Of a stretch of 64,000 nucleotides of DNA, positions 56,001-62,000 are shown piece after piece; the stretch's first letter is position 1; each line of letters starts with the position of its first letter. The position numbers and the translations under genes are program-made. The notes beneath the pieces are model-generated. The model ran no database searches. It was not told where the DNA came from and worked only from the letters and a program-made list of their open reading frames with translations. The stretch comes from Podarcis gaigeae (taxonomy: Eukaryota), in the NCBI GenBank assembly GCA_964106915.2, contig OZ066916.1; one strand, 5' to 3'.

Positions 56001-59000
56001 TAACTTTCCTCAGCTGCACACTGCTAAAAGCGCTAGTCTCGCTTCATTAATTGCATGGCATTTTTTTTTAAGCGCCAACTCACCACATTTTCATTCAATT
56101 AATGCCTTCTCACTTGGAATTTCAATTAAGAACAGAGCAAATGGCCTCCAACACACTAGAGAGCAGTAGTCCAAAGATAATTTGCCTCCCCCAAACTCAA
56201 ATATCCATCAGCTTAATTGCATATTAAAATACCTCAGAGATAACTCTCTGCCTTCTAAGCTCAGGCTTTTTTTGTTTTCGGTTAAGTGTGATGCGTCTTC
56301 CATTATGTTCTCATCGTCCGCGATATGGCTTTGCAATAGATGTTTATCACCAGTAAGCTCAACATAAATCTCTAACAAGCGATCAATTACGACAGTAAGT
56401 TTAGGATACCTCCTCTGAAGAATCTGAAAAACAAAATAACATTAGCTAAAGTAAATATTTTACAGTATTCCAAGGATTATATAACTCATTGAGTTTTGTC
56501 TAGACAGACAATGGTCTTAAAATCCAGAGATTTGATACATTTACAATCTGCACAATTGTCTGGACTGGTCCCATGGGGTAGTGCTGACCATCAAATTTTA
56601 CTTTGAAATTCTCTTAAAGGAAAATTTCTTTGCATGACAATTACACTGTAAAATACAGTAATGCTCTTAAATTATCTTAGGCTTTATTTGCTAGATAGAA
56701 ATGTCAGTCAGTAAGATGAACCCGGTGGACTGGGCAAATGACCCATCTAGTCCAGGTTTTTTGTTCTCACTGTGGCCAACAAGATGCATATGGGAAACCT
56801 GCAGGCTATACTACGCTGAGGAAATGGCAATAACAATTTAAGATGATTTCATATGAAGTTATAGCTGGACAGTTGGGTTAAGTCAATCCAGCAACGTCAA
56901 TCTGTTTCTCTTGCAGAAGCACAAAGCAGCAAGCATTCCGTTATGGAATGGATACAAACTTCTTTCACATCAAGGATTGTGTTTGGACATCATGCTAAAC
57001 TATGGTTTGGTGAGATGTAAATGAGACAAACTCCCTCCCAGTTTTTGGCTCGGACAACACAAGAAACTATGGTTAACCAAACACAGATGCTTCTAAACGT
57101 CTCCTCACAGCCATGTGGGGAAAAGGGAATGGACACAGTTTCAACCTCTTCTACAAAAATTAGGACTACTTTCACTTGTTTTTAAAATAAAACTCTTTGA
57201 CATCAGTTCACAAAGTAAGAGTTCTCTTTCTGATACCATTTACCTCTCTGAGTTCAACTTTAGGCATATTATTCAGCTTAATTTTTGTCCAGTATTTATC
57301 TAGAAGAGCAGCATGGCTGTTTTGCTGTTTGTACCAACCACCACCATAACTGAAGAGTCTAGATTAAAAATCAAAGAACAAGTTAATTGAAGCATTAGAA
57401 GTATTATAGTGCAGAACAGAGTAAGTTCAAGGGTTCTGTAAGGCTCCTTCACTGCAGATCTACAACCAGATAAGGGAGTCAAAGTCCCAATATCATCAAT
57501 ACAAGAAACATGAATTCACCATCTACAATTGTCCAATTGTCATTCTTCCACTTTACAGTCTTTAAATAATGAAATGCTAAGTAATTGCTTATAGGGCAGC
57601 TGTATCCCGCAGGCTAAGCAAAGCACTTCATACATATATAATGTCAATAAGCGTAAAGACAGGACAATATTATCTGCATATTACAGATTAAGGCCAAGTG
57701 ATGATGGCTTCCCTATGGCTGCTTGGTAATTCCTCTTATCAAGCTTAGTTTTCACTTATATTCCAGGGGAAAGAGTTGTATTATGTTTCAAAATAATCTC
57801 ACACTCCTAGCTATCATTTTCCAGGAGATAAGTTTCTATTTCTTAGTATGGAAAATTGCAAAAGAAATAGCAAAGGAGTGCCCACATACTTATAATTCAA
57901 AAATCATGTCACCTTTATATATGCACACAATTTAAAAACTGGATTCCCCCCCATTCCTATATTTATGACTATTGTCTAGTCACTGCCAAAAGGATTCATG
58001 TGCTAAGAGTTTTCCTTGTGTTAACAAAGCTACACAGTCTACCTTCTCGTTGCAAAAAGATGGAACCCAGGAGCTACTTTTATACAGTCACTTCGCCCAG
58101 GAATCAACAGTTCTCCGTTTTCCAGAAGAGGAATCAATACAGAAATCTAAGGAATAGAAAAAAACACCACAGAATACAATTTCAATGACCAGGATGTAGA
58201 GCACCACAAGAAGAATCCTACTCATAGAACAGGACTTTCTCACCTTAACTCATTGAAGCCTTCCCAAAATTGCTTTGGGGCAGGGCATACATAGAATGTG
58301 GTGCTATAGCAGTAGAAAAAAAATAAAAAATCTAAGGAAGCTTCATTGTAATGCCATGTTCTCATGCATGAGGCTATCTTGATGCCCCGCCTTATATCAA
58401 TGACAACAACCAAAAAGACTTAACAGCAGACAGTGCATGAAACAATGTGTTTTACCTCTACCAAATATGTTACAAGAAATGTTAGAAATCTCATTTCCAA
58501 TAAACAGCCTTTTACATATACATTCCAGTTCTAGATTGTGGGAGGTGAGTGTATAAGAGAACCAGTGAATAGCAGATACAGACAGGGTCCATTCAGTAGT
58601 TTGTAACAAGTGTCCCCAAAATCACTGCCCACGAAGAAGAAAATATACTGGGAATTGAGAACCATGATAACTTTTTGGGGAGAACTTTTGCTTTCTTTTA
58701 TCCAGTGCCCTTAAGTTTCCTTTGCTTTGGTTACAAAATACATGACTTCCAAAAAAGATACCTGTGCCTCACCCAAGGTATTTATGGACTACCTCTAGAA
58801 AGCACAGCTACATACCACATCCAGAGGAGCATAATCAATATCCTCCAAGAGTATCCAGTGCCCTTTGCTGACTGCTTGGGTCAGGGTCCCAGGTTGCCAC
58901 ACAAACTCCCCTGGTACATCTGTACAACGATACATGCCCAGTAAGGTCTACAAAGAAGAAAAAGCAAGCAAGATTTTAAAATAATGTCCATATAACTTTA

Positions 59001-62000
59001 CAAAGTGTCTTCAAATATTTACCGAACAATAAGGTTTCTGAGGTTTGTATCTATTTCTATTTGCTTTCTTCCATACTAGGTATGCTACCAAATATAAATA
59101 TTGCCAGATATAGCTTCAGCAGCTACGATAAGCTCAGTGGGAACAAGCACTGCCAAATCATTCTTGCTGTGCCCTCTCATAGTATGAGCAGGAGCAAAAA
59201 TCATGAGTTCGGATTACTGTGGTGTTCGAGCCACTGAGATATCCCTCACCAAACAACCCATGACCTAAAGCAAAGCCCCGATAGTGGCTTGCTTTAGGCA
59301 TCCCAGTAATCTATAGTCTTGCTCATGTTTTACTAGGGGAGGAATGCAGCAGGAGGGATTTCTGAAGTGTGCACACTGCTAATTCCATAGTAAGACATGG
59401 TTTTTGGCTTATCGTTACACCTGAACGCAGCCAGTTTCTGCAAGGCAATTAACTTTGTAATAACAACTGCAAGTGAAAACTAAAATGCATTTTCCATTAC
59501 CTTACTATCAGTCTGATCTCCTAGCTGGACTTTCAGAATGTGAGGTGGCTTTATCCTTCCCGTAACGGCTGCCAAGTATTCAACAAGATACGTTTTGCCA
59601 CAACCTACTGGTCCTTCAAGTAACACTGCATTTTGTGAAGCTACAGCCATAGCAAGATTTTGAAGATTTGTGCAGGAAGATTTCACCAACACAAATTGGT
59701 TCAGGATGGTCTCCTGCTGAGACAAGAGAAGACAATGCTTTCAACTGATAATACTGGGTGCAAGTATTATGGAGAAACAGGAAATACAAGTTACAAATTT
59801 GCTAAGCTACCATTTTTACGCATCCCAGAGCCACACATATCCATGTCCCCATTCCACACCCATTTTTTAAAGGGGGATTTGAACCCTTGCACTTTCTTCC
59901 TCCCACCAAACTCAAGTGTTCCACTTACCCTGCTCCAAGGTGCCATTTACTGAAATAGTACCTTCAGGAACAAATAGCAGCTTCAGGGGGATGAGATAAA
60001 TACGGACCAATGACCCCTCTGAAGCTGCTGTTTTAACCAGAAGAGGGACAATGACCATGTTTAATGACTAGTCAATTCTTTTTATTATTGTTATTTCAAA
60101 GATTCAGCTTACTTTAGCATATGCTCAAAATTCTGATTCATCTCAAATACATATATGTGTGGTGCAATTGCCTGGCCCAATCCAGGCAATTGCACCACAC
60201 ACACTAAGGAATCTTCAGTAAACAAGCTATTTTGTGAAACTCATAGTTGGTCATTTTTCCTATAGTATCATTAAGACTAATAGCGACGCTTTTTAATCTT
60301 TCTACTTTGTAGAGAACCAATCTTGTATGACTTTAGCTGTTCCTATTAAGTCTCTAGAGCATAATTTTATTCAACTTATGTTCAGAATTTCACTTATGTT
60401 TGAAGTTGTGTTCTTCATATGGTTCTATGTATGAAATTGCCCTATGTTAAATCATCAGAATACATGGAGTGCCAGCTGCATACCTGGAGTGACAGAAAGT
60501 AAGGTATTTTGCTCCAAGTATTAAACACTATTGTCAGATCACAGTGATATCTCTGCCTAAGGATCTAGCAGAGATTCTCACCGGTCAGAAAGGTACAAGG
60601 TGATTTTTACCAACACTCAGAATCCTTCTGAAGCAGACTGTTTGGTAACAAAGAGAGCCGCATAGAAAAAACTGTCTTATCCCCTTCCCCTGGCATACTT
60701 CATACAGATAAATAAGGCCATGATTTCTATGTTACTTAACATCCAAGCCTGTGGATATCAAAAAGGGAGAGAAAAAAACACACACAGTGGCATGGATCAG
60801 GAATGGGACTGGAGATTTCAAAGGCGCTTGCTCTTAAAGTGTATTCCATCTATAAAGGGAAGGATACTATTTTGCAGAAACTTTTACACAAAACATGTTT
60901 GTTTTTGCCTTAAAACCGAAGGACAGGATTTTAATCAATGCTTAAATGCATCAAAGTAGCACTATGAAGAAATTTTGAAGGAAACAAAGGCCCATGATTC
61001 CTCTCTTTTCAGAGGGAAATCTCCTAGAGCTGGGGTAGGCAAAAGGTAGATCAGGATCAGCGCCAAATAATTTAACTTACGTATCAGTCCTTTACTTACA
61101 TTTTCTCCTGGTCCAAACTGTTGTCTAGGGAGCAGAACACCACATACTGCTACAACCTTTGCAGAGAGGTCAGCAGAAACAAGTTCTCCCTGAGTGTACC
61201 GCAACTCCTCTTCTTTGTTCCAAAAGGTTGCGTCTGGATTGGCCAGGACAAGGGCACACTCAACATTCTGCATCCGTGATTCCTCCAGTAGCCTATCAGT
61301 CAAAAATGTGCATCTTTCAATGTTTTGAACAAATGGGAGACAAATCTACCATGTAAAATATTAACTGAAAACACACACACAAAGACATCTTGGGGGGAAA
61401 CTTACTTAAGTCTGAAATGTATTAACTCTTCTGGATTAAATATCTTCTTCAGGAAGGATAACCGATGCTCATCATTCATGCACGTAACCAGTGCGAGACA
61501 ACTGGCAGTATACCTAAGAAGCAAAGGTAGTTCAAGTACTGTTACATCTTAAGTCTATAGAACTAGGTTCCTTTCAGAGAAAAACAACAAAAGGCTATCC
61601 TGTCCCTTCAAATGGTCTCTGTTTGACCAATGGTCTTCAATAAATGATTTGGCCACTGATGCACAGGTCTATGTGCCAACTTAAAGTGGGCCACAGCAAT
61701 GGCACTACCACCATTTTCATTCTGCCTTATGGTTATTGCATTTGTAAGAGAAGAGTGATGGAACAGGACAAAGAACAAAGAACTTGGATGTAGGTCTCAC
61801 AATTTAGTGTGGGGTTAATGTCAGCCCCTGGGCCTGAAAATTAAGGAGGAGTAGTAGGTTCTAAGAAAATACACCCAATATGACCAAATCAATCTTTCTT
61901 CATATTTGACTCCGGCAATTTTAGCCTCAAACTCTTGCCAGAAACTGCTCTTCTTGTCAATAAGAGGTCTAATGTAGTCCAGTAACCATACTGTAGATTT

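Noticed and set aside
54550-59435. Additional degraded repeats (about 54550-54800, 56725-56800, 59200-59430; also 1480-1590, 19985-20130, 33815-33930, 48185-48300)
   Set aside because: They look transposon-derived, but boundaries, TSDs and family could not be established from the sequence alone.
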